This document shows positions 19,812-28,977 of a DNA stretch of 64,000 nucleotides, piece after piece. The stretch covers positions 2,780 to 66,779 of the forward strand of contig DATCBQ010000126.1 in NCBI GenBank assembly GCA_036511745.1. The letters are read 5' to 3'. The stretch comes from Rhizomicrobium sp. (lineage in GTDB: Bacteria > Pseudomonadota > Alphaproteobacteria > Micropepsales > Micropepsaceae). The position numbers were made by a program, and so were the translations under genes. Each line of letters starts with the position of its first letter. The stretch's first letter is position 1. The notes beneath the pieces were generated by a model. The model worked only from the letters and a program-made list of their open reading frames with translations. It was not told the origin of the DNA and did no database searches.

Positions 19812-19931
19812 CTAGCAACGCCAGGGATGGAAGTAGCACCATCCGCCGCCGCGGCCGGGATAGACAACGCATCCGGACAACGAGACCGCGATGAGCCCCA
19901 ACGCGAGCAGCGGCATGAGATAACGACGCAT
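19812..19931 (-). CDS. small Cys-rich putative lipoprotein (39 aa), below the ORF-track size cut-off
   Basis: Hand translation gives MRRYLMPLLALGLIAVSLSGCVVYPGRGGGWCYFHPWRC*. It has the lipobox LSGC, GAGG 6 nt upstream of the ATG, and G/C-rich third positions. Confidence 0.45.
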   Translation of the reverse strand: MRRYLMPLLALGLIAVSLSGCVVYPGRGGGWCYFHPWRC

Positions 19932-20154
19932 GAGCGACCTCTGAAATTACGGAAGTCGCCCCTCCGGCACTCATTAAATCCCATGGAAGAGGCGCCCGGC
20001 AAGCCGGAATTCGATCAACAAAAGATGCCTTCCCGGCGGTAGCCGGGGGCATTCTGGTAATCCCGCTAACCCCTTCGTTACCAGGACTCGATCTGTCGCG
20101 GAACGAATTGCGTTTCCATAAGTAGTTCATTTGTAACTGTATCGGGAAGGTCAC

Positions 20155-20433
20155 ATGGGCAAGGACGGTCGAATGAGGGCGAGCTATGTAACGGGTCCGG
20201 ACGGCGCGCCCCTCACCCGCGCGGATCTGCCTCCTGCCGACACGCATCGCTGGGTCGCGCGGCGCAAAGCCGAAGTCGTTGCGGCCGTTTGCGGCGGCCT
20301 TCTCACGCTGGAAGAGGCTTGTCACCGCTACGCGCTGACGGTGGAAGAATTCAGCTCCTGGCAAAACGCCATCCAGCAATTCGGCCTGCCCGGCCTTCGC
20401 GCCACCCGCACGCAGGAGTATCGCCAGCATTAA
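20155..20433 (+). CDS. sciP: DUF1153 protein, SciP-like small CtrA inhibitor
   Basis: 92 aa with ..RWVARRKAEVVAAVCGGLLTLEEACHRYALTVEEFSSWQNAIQQFGLPGLRATRTQEYR, matching the SciP/DUF1153 helix-turn-helix core. GGGAAGG lies 5 nt upstream of the ATG. Confidence 0.75.
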   Translation: MGKDGRMRASYVTGPDGAPLTRADLPPADTHRWVARRKAEVVAAVCGGLLTLEEACHRYALTVEEFSSWQNAIQQFGLPGLRATRTQEYRQH

Positions 20434-20448
20434 TTCCGGGCAGGCGCT

Positions 20449-22308
20449 TCAGGCCGCGCCCGGTGCGCTCGACCGGCGAATCGCCGCGCGCAGAAGATTT
20501 CGAAAAAAACGATCCTTCATGGTGCGCGGCGCATCAAGCTTCATGCGTGCGAGCAGAGGTGCCTCGTCACTGCGGTTTGAAACGCCTTCCATTGCAAGTC
20601 GCGCAAGTCCGAGCGGCGGTAGGCGATTCAGCAGTTCAAGAGCCGGGAACAGGCGCTGCTCCGTTTCGTCGAAATCCGTTCCCAGGGGAAACGCGGGCAG
20701 ATAGCCGCGCGCGCGAAGCGGCCCCAGGGCCTTTTCGATTCGCGCGAGCGTGTTGTTCCGGAAGCCTTCCGGAATCTCATAATCTTTCGCGATCTTTCCC
20801 GCCTTCTTTGCCGCCCGCAGCAGCCCGGGTTGAAAGCGCGAATCCGCAACGCCGAGCATGGCCGCGATTACCTCATGATCCGGCTTGTCCCTGAGATCGG
20901 CTATTCCGTATTCGGTCACGACCACGTCGCGCAGATGGCGGGGAATGGTTTCATGGCCATAGCCGAAACGGATGTTCGAAGCCGTTTTTCCGCGCCGGTC
21001 CCGGGTGGATTTCAGACACAGGATCGATCGCGCATCCTGCAGCGCGAAGGCCTGCGCCACGAAATCATATTGTCCGCCGACGCCGCTGACGACGCGGCCG
21101 TCCTCCAGGCCGTCGGAAACGGCCGCGCCCAGAAGCGTCGCCATCATCGTGTTGTTGACGAAGCGTGCCTTCGTGCGCGCCGCACGCTTTGCATCCTCGT
21201 CATGATAGAGAGCGTTGGTGAAGGAGATCGCGGTCATCCGCAGCCGGGCGCGCGCCGCGTCGTCGAGCGCATTGAGGGCGCGATAAAAGCTTCTCGGTCC
21301 GAGAAAGAAACCGGCGTGCAGCACGGCGCCGTCCACTTCGCGTTTGAGGATACCGGCGTCGATCAGGGCTAGAAACCCGTCGGCAAACATCTCGGTCGCG
21401 GCATAGAGCCCCTCGCGGAAAGCATCCAGTTCGCCGAATCCGTCGCTGGTATCGCCAGGCGCGAGACGCCCAACGGCCTCGCGAAAAATCGCATTCTCCT
21501 TCTGACGCAGAATCAATGCGTGAAAGGCGGCGTCGCCTTCCTGGCCGATCCCGATCTGCAGAGTGCCGCCATCGGCAATCATCCGTGCGACGTGAAATCC
21601 AACGGCGTATTCCGCCAGGTCGATCGGCTCCTTCGGAGGCGCAAACAGGGGATACGGCGCGGCGGCGTCGTGCAGAACGGAATGGAACGCCCCGGCGGAA
21701 AGATCGCCCTCTCCCATCATGAAAGGAAGCTCGTCGTTGACTTCGCCCGCCAGCAAAAAATCCGCACGGCCTTCGTCCCGCGCTTTCAGCAGTTCGAGCG
21801 TCAGGTCCGTATTGCAGCTCAGACTGTAGCGCGTTTCATCCCCGCGCGTGCGCGTTGCCACCAGTTGCGCGATGACGTTGATGCCGCGCGACATCACCGA
21901 TCGAACGGCATGGCTATAATTCGTCGAGATGTAGCTTTGCTGGGCCCGCGGCACGTTCAGCCACTGGCCGGCGGGAAAAAAGAACTCGTTGACTTCGATG
22001 TTCGGGGGTAGCGTGCCGCTGCGCAGCGCGTGCGCATAGGCGAGCGGCGGCCACGCACCGAACAGCCGCTCGATCACCGGCTCCAGAAAGCTGCGCTGCA
22101 GGGTGTTGGCGTAGCGCGGTTTCTCCAGTGTCAGCGCCGTGAAGATTCGCAGCGATATCGAGCGGTCCGCCGCGGCGCGGGCATAAAGCGCGTTGGCGAT
22201 CCTGTTTGCCTTGCCGAGACCGAGCGGCAACGCGAGAACAACCTTGTTCCCGACACGGCGAAGAATGTCTTGCGCCAGGGCATCGGCATCGCTGAACTGT
22301 TGGGGCAT
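20449..22308 (-). CDS. acetyl-CoA hydrolase/transferase family protein
   Basis: 619 aa with the C-terminal-domain block VVSGVGGQYDFV and other CoA-transferase-like regions. Confidence 0.75.
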   Translation of the reverse strand: MPQQFSDADALAQDILRRVGNKVVLALPLGLGKANRIANALYARAAADRSISLRIFTALTLEKPRYANTLQRSFLEPVIERLFGAWPPLAYAHALRSGTLPPNIEVNEFFFPAGQWLNVPRAQQSYISTNYSHAVRSVMSRGINVIAQLVATRTRGDETRYSLSCNTDLTLELLKARDEGRADFLLAGEVNDELPFMMGEGDLSAGAFHSVLHDAAAPYPLFAPPKEPIDLAEYAVGFHVARMIADGGTLQIGIGQEGDAAFHALILRQKENAIFREAVGRLAPGDTSDGFGELDAFREGLYAATEMFADGFLALIDAGILKREVDGAVLHAGFFLGPRSFYRALNALDDAARARLRMTAISFTNALYHDEDAKRAARTKARFVNNTMMATLLGAAVSDGLEDGRVVSGVGGQYDFVAQAFALQDARSILCLKSTRDRRGKTASNIRFGYGHETIPRHLRDVVVTEYGIADLRDKPDHEVIAAMLGVADSRFQPGLLRAAKKAGKIAKDYEIPEGFRNNTLARIEKALGPLRARGYLPAFPLGTDFDETEQRLFPALELLNRLPPLGLARLAMEGVSNRSDEAPLLARMKLDAPRTMKDRFFRNLLRAAIRRSSAPGAA

Positions 22309-22374
22309 CGGCTTCCCGGTTGATGAATCGCAGGCGAGGACTGCATATTGGCGCCAGAACAGGGATCGGGCCAG

Positions 22375-23412
22375 ATGAGCGGGCGGGTGGCCGGCGAGGA
22401 TGTTGGGGAAATCGCCGCCGCGTTACAGGGGCTGGGGTTGCTCGCGCGGGGCGAACATCTGTCGCTCGCTGCGCTGGGCGGCGGGGTCTCCTGCGATGTG
22501 TGGCGCGTTGAACTCGCGAGCGGACCGGTCTGCGTCAAGCGGGCGCTGGCGAAACTGCGTGTCGCGGCCGATTGGCGTGCGCCCGCCGGGCGCGCCGCCA
22601 GCGAAGTGGCGTGGCTGCGCCTGATCGCGGCGATCGAGCCGGAATGGGTGCCGCGCATTCTGGGCGAGGATCGCGAACGGCATCTTTTCGTCATGGAATT
22701 TCTTCCGCCGGATTCGTATCCGGTGTGGAAATCGCAACTCGCGCTAGGCTGCGTCGAGGTGGAGTTTGCGGCGCGCGTCGGCGCCGCGCTGGCGCGCATC
22801 CACGCCCAAACGGCCAACCGGTCCGATATCGCTGAACGCTTTGCCAACCGCGAACAGTTTCATGCGCTTCGCATCGAACCCTATCTGCTCCATGCCGCGA
22901 CCAGACATGACGGCGCCTCGAAAACCATTCGGGACATCGCAGCGGGGATCGAAACGGCGCGGATCGCGCTCATGCACGGCGATGTGAGTCCGAAGAACAT
23001 TCTGTGCGGACCCCATGGTCCGGTGTTTCTCGACGCCGAAACGGTCGCCTATGGCGATCCCGCCTTCGACCTCGCGTTTTGCCTTAATCATCTGCTGCTC
23101 AAATGCGTCTGGCATCCGCGGTGGACCCAGGCCTATCTGCAATCCTTTTCCGCGCTGAAGGCGAGCTATCTCGCGGGCGCGAATTGGGAAGACGCATCCC
23201 TGCTGGAGGCGCGCGCGGCGCACATAGTGCCGGCGCTTCTGCTTGCCCGCATCGACGGCAAGTCGCCGGTAGAATATCTTACAGCTGAGGACGACAAAAA
23301 CTTCGTGCGAGAAAGAGCATTGACATTCCTGCAGCGACCTTCTCGATCGCTCGACGAGGTTCGGTCGCTGTGGGCAACGGCACTCGACGTCAGCAGCCGA
23401 AAAAACTATTAA
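22375..23412 (+). CDS. phosphotransferase of the aminoglycoside/choline-kinase (APH) fold, MtnK-like
   Basis: Brenner/catalytic loop HGDVSPKNIL and the metal-binding LDAETVAYGDPAFDLAF. I chose the ATG at 22375; the track uses the TTG at 22348. Confidence 0.7.
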   Translation: MSGRVAGEDVGEIAAALQGLGLLARGEHLSLAALGGGVSCDVWRVELASGPVCVKRALAKLRVAADWRAPAGRAASEVAWLRLIAAIEPEWVPRILGEDRERHLFVMEFLPPDSYPVWKSQLALGCVEVEFAARVGAALARIHAQTANRSDIAERFANREQFHALRIEPYLLHAATRHDGASKTIRDIAAGIETARIALMHGDVSPKNILCGPHGPVFLDAETVAYGDPAFDLAFCLNHLLLKCVWHPRWTQAYLQSFSALKASYLAGANWEDASLLEARAAHIVPALLLARIDGKSPVEYLTAEDDKNFVRERALTFLQRPSRSLDEVRSLWATALDVSSRKNY

Positions 23413-23437
23413 GCCAAATTGCAAGCGCGGGCCGCAA

Positions 23438-25096
23438 ATGGACGGTGTGATATCGGCAAAGACGGTCTCGGGACGCAGCCCCATGAAGCTGGTGGTGGCG
23501 GCGTCCGCCGCCGGCACCGTCTTCGAATGGTACGATTTTTTCATCTTCGGTTCGTTGACCGCGATCATTGCCGCCCATTTCTACAGCGGGGCAAGCGCGA
23601 CGCAGGGCTATATCTTCGCGCTCCTCACTTTCGCGGCGGGTTTTGCCGTCCGCCCTTTCGGAGCGCTGGTGTTCGGCCGTATCGGCGACCGCGCGGGCCG
23701 CAAACGCGCCTTTCTCGTCACCATCGCGGTGATGGGGATTGCGACGGTCGCCGTGGGCTTGCTTCCCGATTATGGCATGATCGGAATCGCGGCGCCTTAC
23801 GCGCTGGTGTCGTTGCGCGTGGTGCAGGGATTCGCCATCGGTGGCGAATATGGCGGTGCGGCGATTTATGTGGCCGAGCATGCATCGGCCAATCGTCGCG
23901 GCGCCGCAACAGGATGGATACAAGCTTCCGCCACACTCGGACTTTTCCTCGCGCTGGTGGTAATTCTTTCCTGCCGCACGATCCTCGGCGAAGTGGCGTT
24001 CAAGAGCTGGGGGTGGCGGATCCCGTTTCTGGTTTCCGCGGTGCTGCTCGGGCTCTCGCTGTGGATTCGATTGAAGCTTTCCGAATCGCCGATGTTCCTG
24101 CGGCTGCAGGAATCTGGCGAGCGCTCGCATGCGCCCATCGCGGAATCCTTCTTTCGCTGGCCGAACCTGAAAATCGTGCTGATTGCCCTTTTCGGCCTGC
24201 TGATGGCCTCGGGCGTCGTCTGGTATGCGGCGCATTTCTACACGCAATTTTTTCTCGAAGGCGTGATCAAGGTGCCGGGCGCAACCGTTAACGCACTGAT
24301 CCTTCTGGTTACGGCCGCGAGTGCCCCGCTGCACATGTTCTTCGCGTGGCTTTCCGACAGGATCGGCCGCAAGCCCGTGATGCTGTTTGGTCTGGGACTG
24401 GCGGCGGTAAGCTTTCTGCCGGGCTTCCAGATGCTCGCACAGGCGACGAATCCGGCGCTCGTTGCTGCTGCCGCGAAAGCTCCGGTTGTCGTTGCCGCGC
24501 CGGCGCAGGACTGTTCGCTGCAGTTCGATCCCGTGGGCAAGACGAAGTTTCTGTCGTCGTGCGACGTCGCCAAGGGCGCGCTAACCGGTGCGGGAATTCC
24601 CTATCGCAATGAACGCACGACGCCGGGCAGCGGCGCGAAAGTGGAGGTCGGCGCTTTGGTGCTTTCGAGCCCCGACGGGCGCGGAAACGATGCGGCACGC
24701 TTCGCGGCCGAAAAAGCAAAGTTCACGGCGAAATTGAAAAGCGCGTTGACAGAAGCGGGCTATCCGCTGTCGGCCGACACGCGCGCCATCGACATTCCCC
24801 GCACGCTGGGCCTGCTCCTCATCTTCATCACGGCTGCGGCGGCGCTTTACGGCCCGCAAGCCGCGGCTCTGGTCGAACTTTTTCCTACCCGCGTCCGCTA
24901 CACCGCGCTGTCGTTTCCCTACCATGTCGGCGTGGGATGGTTCGGCGGCTTCCTGCCGGTAATCGCTTATGCGATCGTCGTGGCCACCGGCAATATTTAT
25001 GCCGGTCTGTGGTACCCGACGATCATTGCCGCCATCGGCTTCTTCGTCACGCTTATCTTCCTGCCGGAGACGCGAAAACGCGACATCGAACTGTGA
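23438..25096 (+). CDS. MFS transporter (metabolite:H+ symporter-like) with a ~120-aa soluble insertion
   Basis: Contains FEWYDFFIFG, the GRIGDRAGRKR loop motif and 12 hydrophobic segments. A hydrophilic insert spans residues ~336-456. The start could instead be 23483. Confidence 0.85.
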   Translation: MDGVISAKTVSGRSPMKLVVAASAAGTVFEWYDFFIFGSLTAIIAAHFYSGASATQGYIFALLTFAAGFAVRPFGALVFGRIGDRAGRKRAFLVTIAVMGIATVAVGLLPDYGMIGIAAPYALVSLRVVQGFAIGGEYGGAAIYVAEHASANRRGAATGWIQASATLGLFLALVVILSCRTILGEVAFKSWGWRIPFLVSAVLLGLSLWIRLKLSESPMFLRLQESGERSHAPIAESFFRWPNLKIVLIALFGLLMASGVVWYAAHFYTQFFLEGVIKVPGATVNALILLVTAASAPLHMFFAWLSDRIGRKPVMLFGLGLAAVSFLPGFQMLAQATNPALVAAAAKAPVVVAAPAQDCSLQFDPVGKTKFLSSCDVAKGALTGAGIPYRNERTTPGSGAKVEVGALVLSSPDGRGNDAARFAAEKAKFTAKLKSALTEAGYPLSADTRAIDIPRTLGLLLIFITAAAALYGPQAAALVELFPTRVRYTALSFPYHVGVGWFGGFLPVIAYAIVVATGNIYAGLWYPTIIAAIGFFVTLIFLPETRKRDIEL

Positions 25097-25573
25097 CTAT
25101 TGCGCACCAAGCGGAACGCCGGGTTCGTGTTTGCTGCCGCGAATCACCAGCGCGGTCTTGACGCTTGCCACTTCCTTCGCGGCCGTGAGCGTATCGGTGA
25201 TGAAGGATTGAAACGCCGAGAGATCCTTCGCCACGCATTTCAGAATGAAATCGACCTCGCCAGACAGCATCTGGCATTCGCGCACGTTGGGCCATGTGCG
25301 GACCCGATCCTCGAAACGCCGGAGATCGGCCTCCGACTGGCTCGTGAGACCGACAAAAGCAAAGCCGGCCACTTCATAACCGAGCGATTTCGCATCGAGA
25401 TCGGCATGATAGCCCTTGATGTAGCCGGCCTTTTCCAGTGTGCGCATGCGCCTCAGGCAGGGCGGCGCGGTAATCTTGGCGCGGCGGGAAAGCTCCACAT
25501 TGGTGATGCGGCCTTCGCTCTGAAGTTCGGCCAGAATGCGCATATCGATCGAGTCGAGCTTGTGACGCTCCAT
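25097..25573 (-). CDS. Lrp/AsnC family transcriptional regulator
   Basis: LDSIDMRILAELQSEGRITNVELSRRAKITAPPCLRRMRTLEKAGYI HTH plus a RAM/AsnC_trans_reg domain. The start is the ATG at 25571-25573. Confidence 0.9.
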   Translation of the reverse strand: MERHKLDSIDMRILAELQSEGRITNVELSRRAKITAPPCLRRMRTLEKAGYIKGYHADLDAKSLGYEVAGFAFVGLTSQSEADLRRFEDRVRTWPNVRECQMLSGEVDFILKCVAKDLSAFQSFITDTLTAAKEVASVKTALVIRGSKHEPGVPLGAQ

Positions 25574-25756
25574 GGTCTTGCGCCTTGGGAGGGTGTGACA
25601 GTTGCCTTTTAGCTCCGCGCCGCCCATCGGCGCAATAAAATAACCGTGAGCACAGAATTCGCGCGACGCGCAAAAGAGAATCAGCGGGATAAGTGCCTCA
25701 ACGGCGGGGATTCGGAAGGCTGCCCGCGCGGCAAATTCCCGGTTTTTTGCCGCATT

Positions 25757-25785
25757 CTTGACCTTTGTGGAACGCACGACGATAT
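25757..25785 (+). promoter_or_regulatory. putative sigma-70 promoter of trxB
   Basis: CTTGAC (25757-25762), a 17-nt spacer, then CGATAT (25780-25785), about 70 nt upstream of the trxB ATG. This matches the alphaproteobacterial CTTGAC-N17-CTATAT consensus. Confidence 0.3.
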
Positions 25786-25854
25786 GAACGCCGAGGGGCG
25801 ATGAGCCGCCGGTGGAGCGGCGGGCGCGCCTTCAATGTCCGCGGGGCGCGCGCC

Positions 25855-26796
25855 ATGTCCGATACCCATGCCAAGGTCGTCATTCTGGGAAGCGGGCCGG
25901 CCGGCGCCACGGCAGCGATTTACGCGGCCCGCGCGATGCTGGCTCCCGTCATGATCGCAGGCCTGCAGCCGGGCGGCCAGCTCACCATCACCACCGAAGT
26001 CGAAAACTATCCGGGCTTTGCGGAAGCCATCCAGGGACCGTGGCTGATGGAGCAGATGCAGGCGCAAGCCGGGCATGTTGGGACTGCGCTGATCCAGGAT
26101 ACGATTTCGGCTGCCGATCTGGCACGGCGGCCCTTTACGCTGGTGGGCGATTCCGGAAATCGCTATCTCGCCGAAACGCTGATCGTTGCGACCGGCGCGC
26201 AGGCCCGATGGCTCGGTCTTCCCAGCGAAGAGCGTTTCAAGGGCTTCGGCGTCTCCGCCTGCGCGACCTGCGACGGATTTTTCTTTCGCGGCAAGCGCGT
26301 GGCCGTGGTCGGCGGCGGCAACACCGCCGTGGAGGAAGCGCTGTTCCTGACGAACTTCGCCGATCGGGTGACGCTTATCCATCGGCGCGCCGTTCTGCGC
26401 GCCGACAAGACGAACCAGATGCGGCTCGCGGAACACCCGAAGATCGACATCGTCTATGACAGCGTCGTCGATGAAGTGCTCGGCGACGACAATCCGCGCG
26501 GTGTGACCGCGATCCGGATTCGCAATCCGGCGACCAACAAAGCGGGAACGCTGAAGGTCGATGGGCTTTTCGTGGCCATCGGGCACACCCCGGCAACGGA
26601 GCTGTTCAAAGGCCAGCTGGACATGGACCCCGAGGGCTATATTCGCACCGCCCCCGATTCCACACGCACCAGCGTGGCAGGCGTGTTCGCGGCCGGCGAC
26701 GTGAAGGACAAGGTCTTTCGCCAGGCGGTCACGGCGGCCGGCATGGGCTGCATGGCAGCGCTCGAAGCAGAGAAGTTTCTTGCCGGCGGGCACTGA
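25855..26796 (+). CDS. trxB: thioredoxin-disulfide reductase
   Basis: Contains GSGPAG, the redox-active CATCDG motif, GGGNTAVEEA and GVFAAGD. The start is the ATG at 25855. Confidence 0.92.
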   Translation: MSDTHAKVVILGSGPAGATAAIYAARAMLAPVMIAGLQPGGQLTITTEVENYPGFAEAIQGPWLMEQMQAQAGHVGTALIQDTISAADLARRPFTLVGDSGNRYLAETLIVATGAQARWLGLPSEERFKGFGVSACATCDGFFFRGKRVAVVGGGNTAVEEALFLTNFADRVTLIHRRAVLRADKTNQMRLAEHPKIDIVYDSVVDEVLGDDNPRGVTAIRIRNPATNKAGTLKVDGLFVAIGHTPATELFKGQLDMDPEGYIRTAPDSTRTSVAGVFAAGDVKDKVFRQAVTAAGMGCMAALEAEKFLAGGH

Positions 26797-26817
26797 CGTC
26801 CGCCTTGAGGAGTAGCG

Positions 26818-27711
26818 ATGGACTGGGACAAGCTTCGCATCTTTCACGCCGTCGCATCGGCGGGCAGCTTCACCCATGCGGGCCAGATGCTGTCGTTGAG
26901 CCAATCCGCGGTCAGCCGACAGATCAGCGCGCTCGAAGAAGAAATCGTCACCCCGCTGTTTCAGCGCCACGCGCGCGGGCTCACGCTCACCGATGAAGGC
27001 GAAGTGCTCTACAGCGCCGTCTCCGACGTGCTGGCGCGGTTGGGGCAGGCCGAGGAAGCACTCAAGAATGCGCAATCCGCGCCGCGCGGATCATTGAAGG
27101 TGACAACCAGCCACGGTCTGGGCACTTACTGGCTGCTGCCGCAACTTCACGAATTCCTGGGCGATTATCCGGAACTGCAGCTCCACCTGGTCTTCGAAGA
27201 CCGCGAGCTCGATCTGGCGCAGCGCGAGGCCGACATTGCGCTCAGAATGCGCGCGCCGGTCCAGGCCGATCTCATCCAGCGCAAGCTGTTCACCGTGCAT
27301 TATCACATCTACGCGGCGCCGGCATATCTGGCACGCATGAACAAACCCGACGGCATCGAGGACCTTCCGAAACACACGCTGATCATCTATGGCGAAACCG
27401 CGGCGCCGGAAATTCGCGACGTCAACTGGCTCCAGGATTCGACACGGCGCCTTTCGCCGGGCGAATATGGGCGCCTGCTGCGCATCAACAACATCACCGG
27501 GATATTGCAGGCCGCCGAGTCGGGCCTGGGTATCGCCGCCCTGCCCGATTATGTTGTCGATGGCAGACAGGGTCTGGTGCGAATCCTGCCCGATGTCGAA
27601 GGCCCGACTTTCGATGTCCACCTTGTCTATTGCGATGCTCTACGGCAATCCAAACGCGTCGGCGCCTTCCGCGATTTTCTGGTGCGCGCGGCGAAGAATT
27701 GGAAGTACTGA
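26818..27711 (+). CDS. LysR family transcriptional regulator
   Basis: N-terminal HTH (FHAVASAGSFTHAGQMLSLSQSAVSRQISALE) plus a LysR substrate-binding domain. GAGGAG lies upstream of the ATG. Confidence 0.9.
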   Translation: MDWDKLRIFHAVASAGSFTHAGQMLSLSQSAVSRQISALEEEIVTPLFQRHARGLTLTDEGEVLYSAVSDVLARLGQAEEALKNAQSAPRGSLKVTTSHGLGTYWLLPQLHEFLGDYPELQLHLVFEDRELDLAQREADIALRMRAPVQADLIQRKLFTVHYHIYAAPAYLARMNKPDGIEDLPKHTLIIYGETAAPEIRDVNWLQDSTRRLSPGEYGRLLRINNITGILQAAESGLGIAALPDYVVDGRQGLVRILPDVEGPTFDVHLVYCDALRQSKRVGAFRDFLVRAAKNWKY

Positions 27712-27734
27712 GTTTTGCCGAAAGGATTGCCGGC

Positions 27735-28334
27735 ATGTCTGCGGAATTCGCCACAAATGTCTTGTGGATCGTCTGGTACGTAACCTGGATCGCCGCGGTT
27801 ATTTGGTCGGCCAGGACCAAGACGCAGATGAAAACGGATATGACCGGCATTCACCGGTTTTTGTTCTCGCTTGGTCTGGTTCTGCTGCTGGTTCTTCCCT
27901 CCGGCTCTGGAAAACCGTTGTTTGGTTTGGCGTTCGCGGGATGGTTCACCGAAAGACTTTGGCCAATGCCGGATTGGGCGGCATGGAGTCTGTTCGCGCT
28001 GGTGGCGGCGGGCTTTGGTTTTTGCTGGTGGGCGAGAGGGCATTTGGGCCGCTTGTGGTCCGGTTTTGTCACCCTGAAAGAAGGACATCGCGTGGTCGAT
28101 ACGGGCCCGTATGCGCTGGTACGCCATCCCATCTATTCCGGCGTGATCTTCGCGTCCCTGATGACGGCCGTCATGCGGGCAAGCGTTGCGGCACTGGCAG
28201 GGTTCGTCCTGATCGTCATCGGGCTGTCGATGACGGCCAGGATCGAGGAGCGTTTCCTGCGCGAACAATTGGGCGCCGAGGCTTACGATGCCTATGGCCG
28301 CCGCGTGGCGATGCTGGTCCCGCTGTTCCGCTAA
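27735..28334 (+). CDS. isoprenylcysteine carboxyl methyltransferase (ICMT/PEMT) family membrane methyltransferase
   Basis: Multi-TM protein with the C-terminal family block VVDTGPYALVRHPIYSGVIF ... EERFLREQLGAEAYDAY. Confidence 0.75.
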   Translation: MSAEFATNVLWIVWYVTWIAAVIWSARTKTQMKTDMTGIHRFLFSLGLVLLLVLPSGSGKPLFGLAFAGWFTERLWPMPDWAAWSLFALVAAGFGFCWWARGHLGRLWSGFVTLKEGHRVVDTGPYALVRHPIYSGVIFASLMTAVMRASVAALAGFVLIVIGLSMTARIEERFLREQLGAEAYDAYGRRVAMLVPLFR

Positions 28335-28356
28335 GCATTATTCCATGCGAGTCGCG

Positions 28357-28812
28357 CTATAGACCCGGAAGCGGCGCGTACAGCAAGATCAACCAGACAG
28401 CGAACAGAACTCCCGACCAATAGAGTTTTTTGTGACTGCGCCAGGCGATGGCCGTGACAACCAGCAGCAGCCAGCCGATCAGACAGCCTGCGACGAGGCG
28501 CAAGCCGGTAACCGCGCTTGCCGACCAGACCGCGACCAGCAAAGCCGCGAGCTCGATCAGGGGATAAAAGACCGAGAGCCTGGCGTGGCAGTAACGGCAG
28601 CGACCGCGCGAAAGAAGCCAGCTCGCGAAGGGAATCAGATCCAGCGGCCCAAGGACGTGGCGGCAGGACTCGCACTCCGAGCGTCCCCAAACGAGAGGAC
28701 GGCCCGCGGGAAGCCGTTCGATCGCGAGGCCCAGAAAGCTGCCGATCACCGGCGAGGCGATGATCGCGGCCCAGGCGAGATCGGTAGAATACGTCCCAGG
28801 GAATCCGGACAA
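28357..28812 (-). CDS. prepilin-peptidase N-terminal-domain (PilD Cys-rich domain) protein lacking the A24 peptidase domain
   Basis: CESCRHVL...IPFASWLLSRGRCRYCHARLSVFYPLIE is the PilD N-terminal CxxC..CxxC domain. Only about 55 aa follow it. The position of the first catalytic Asp reads TAIAW, and the second Asp block is absent. Confidence 0.6.
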   Translation of the reverse strand: MSGFPGTYSTDLAWAAIIASPVIGSFLGLAIERLPAGRPLVWGRSECESCRHVLGPLDLIPFASWLLSRGRCRYCHARLSVFYPLIELAALLVAVWSASAVTGLRLVAGCLIGWLLLVVTAIAWRSHKKLYWSGVLFAVWLILLYAPLPGL

Positions 28813-28977
28813 GACAAGGGCCCTATTTCAAACCCCGAACCTTCGGCAACGCCTGCGCGCCACGCAACCCCGCCCGTCCCGCTATGCAGGATTGACCGCG
28901 CCGCCGCTCTGGCGCAATTCTGGCATCCCGGCATCGCGGGAGTTTGGACCCGCGCCGGCCTGTCGAAGGGACATCCA

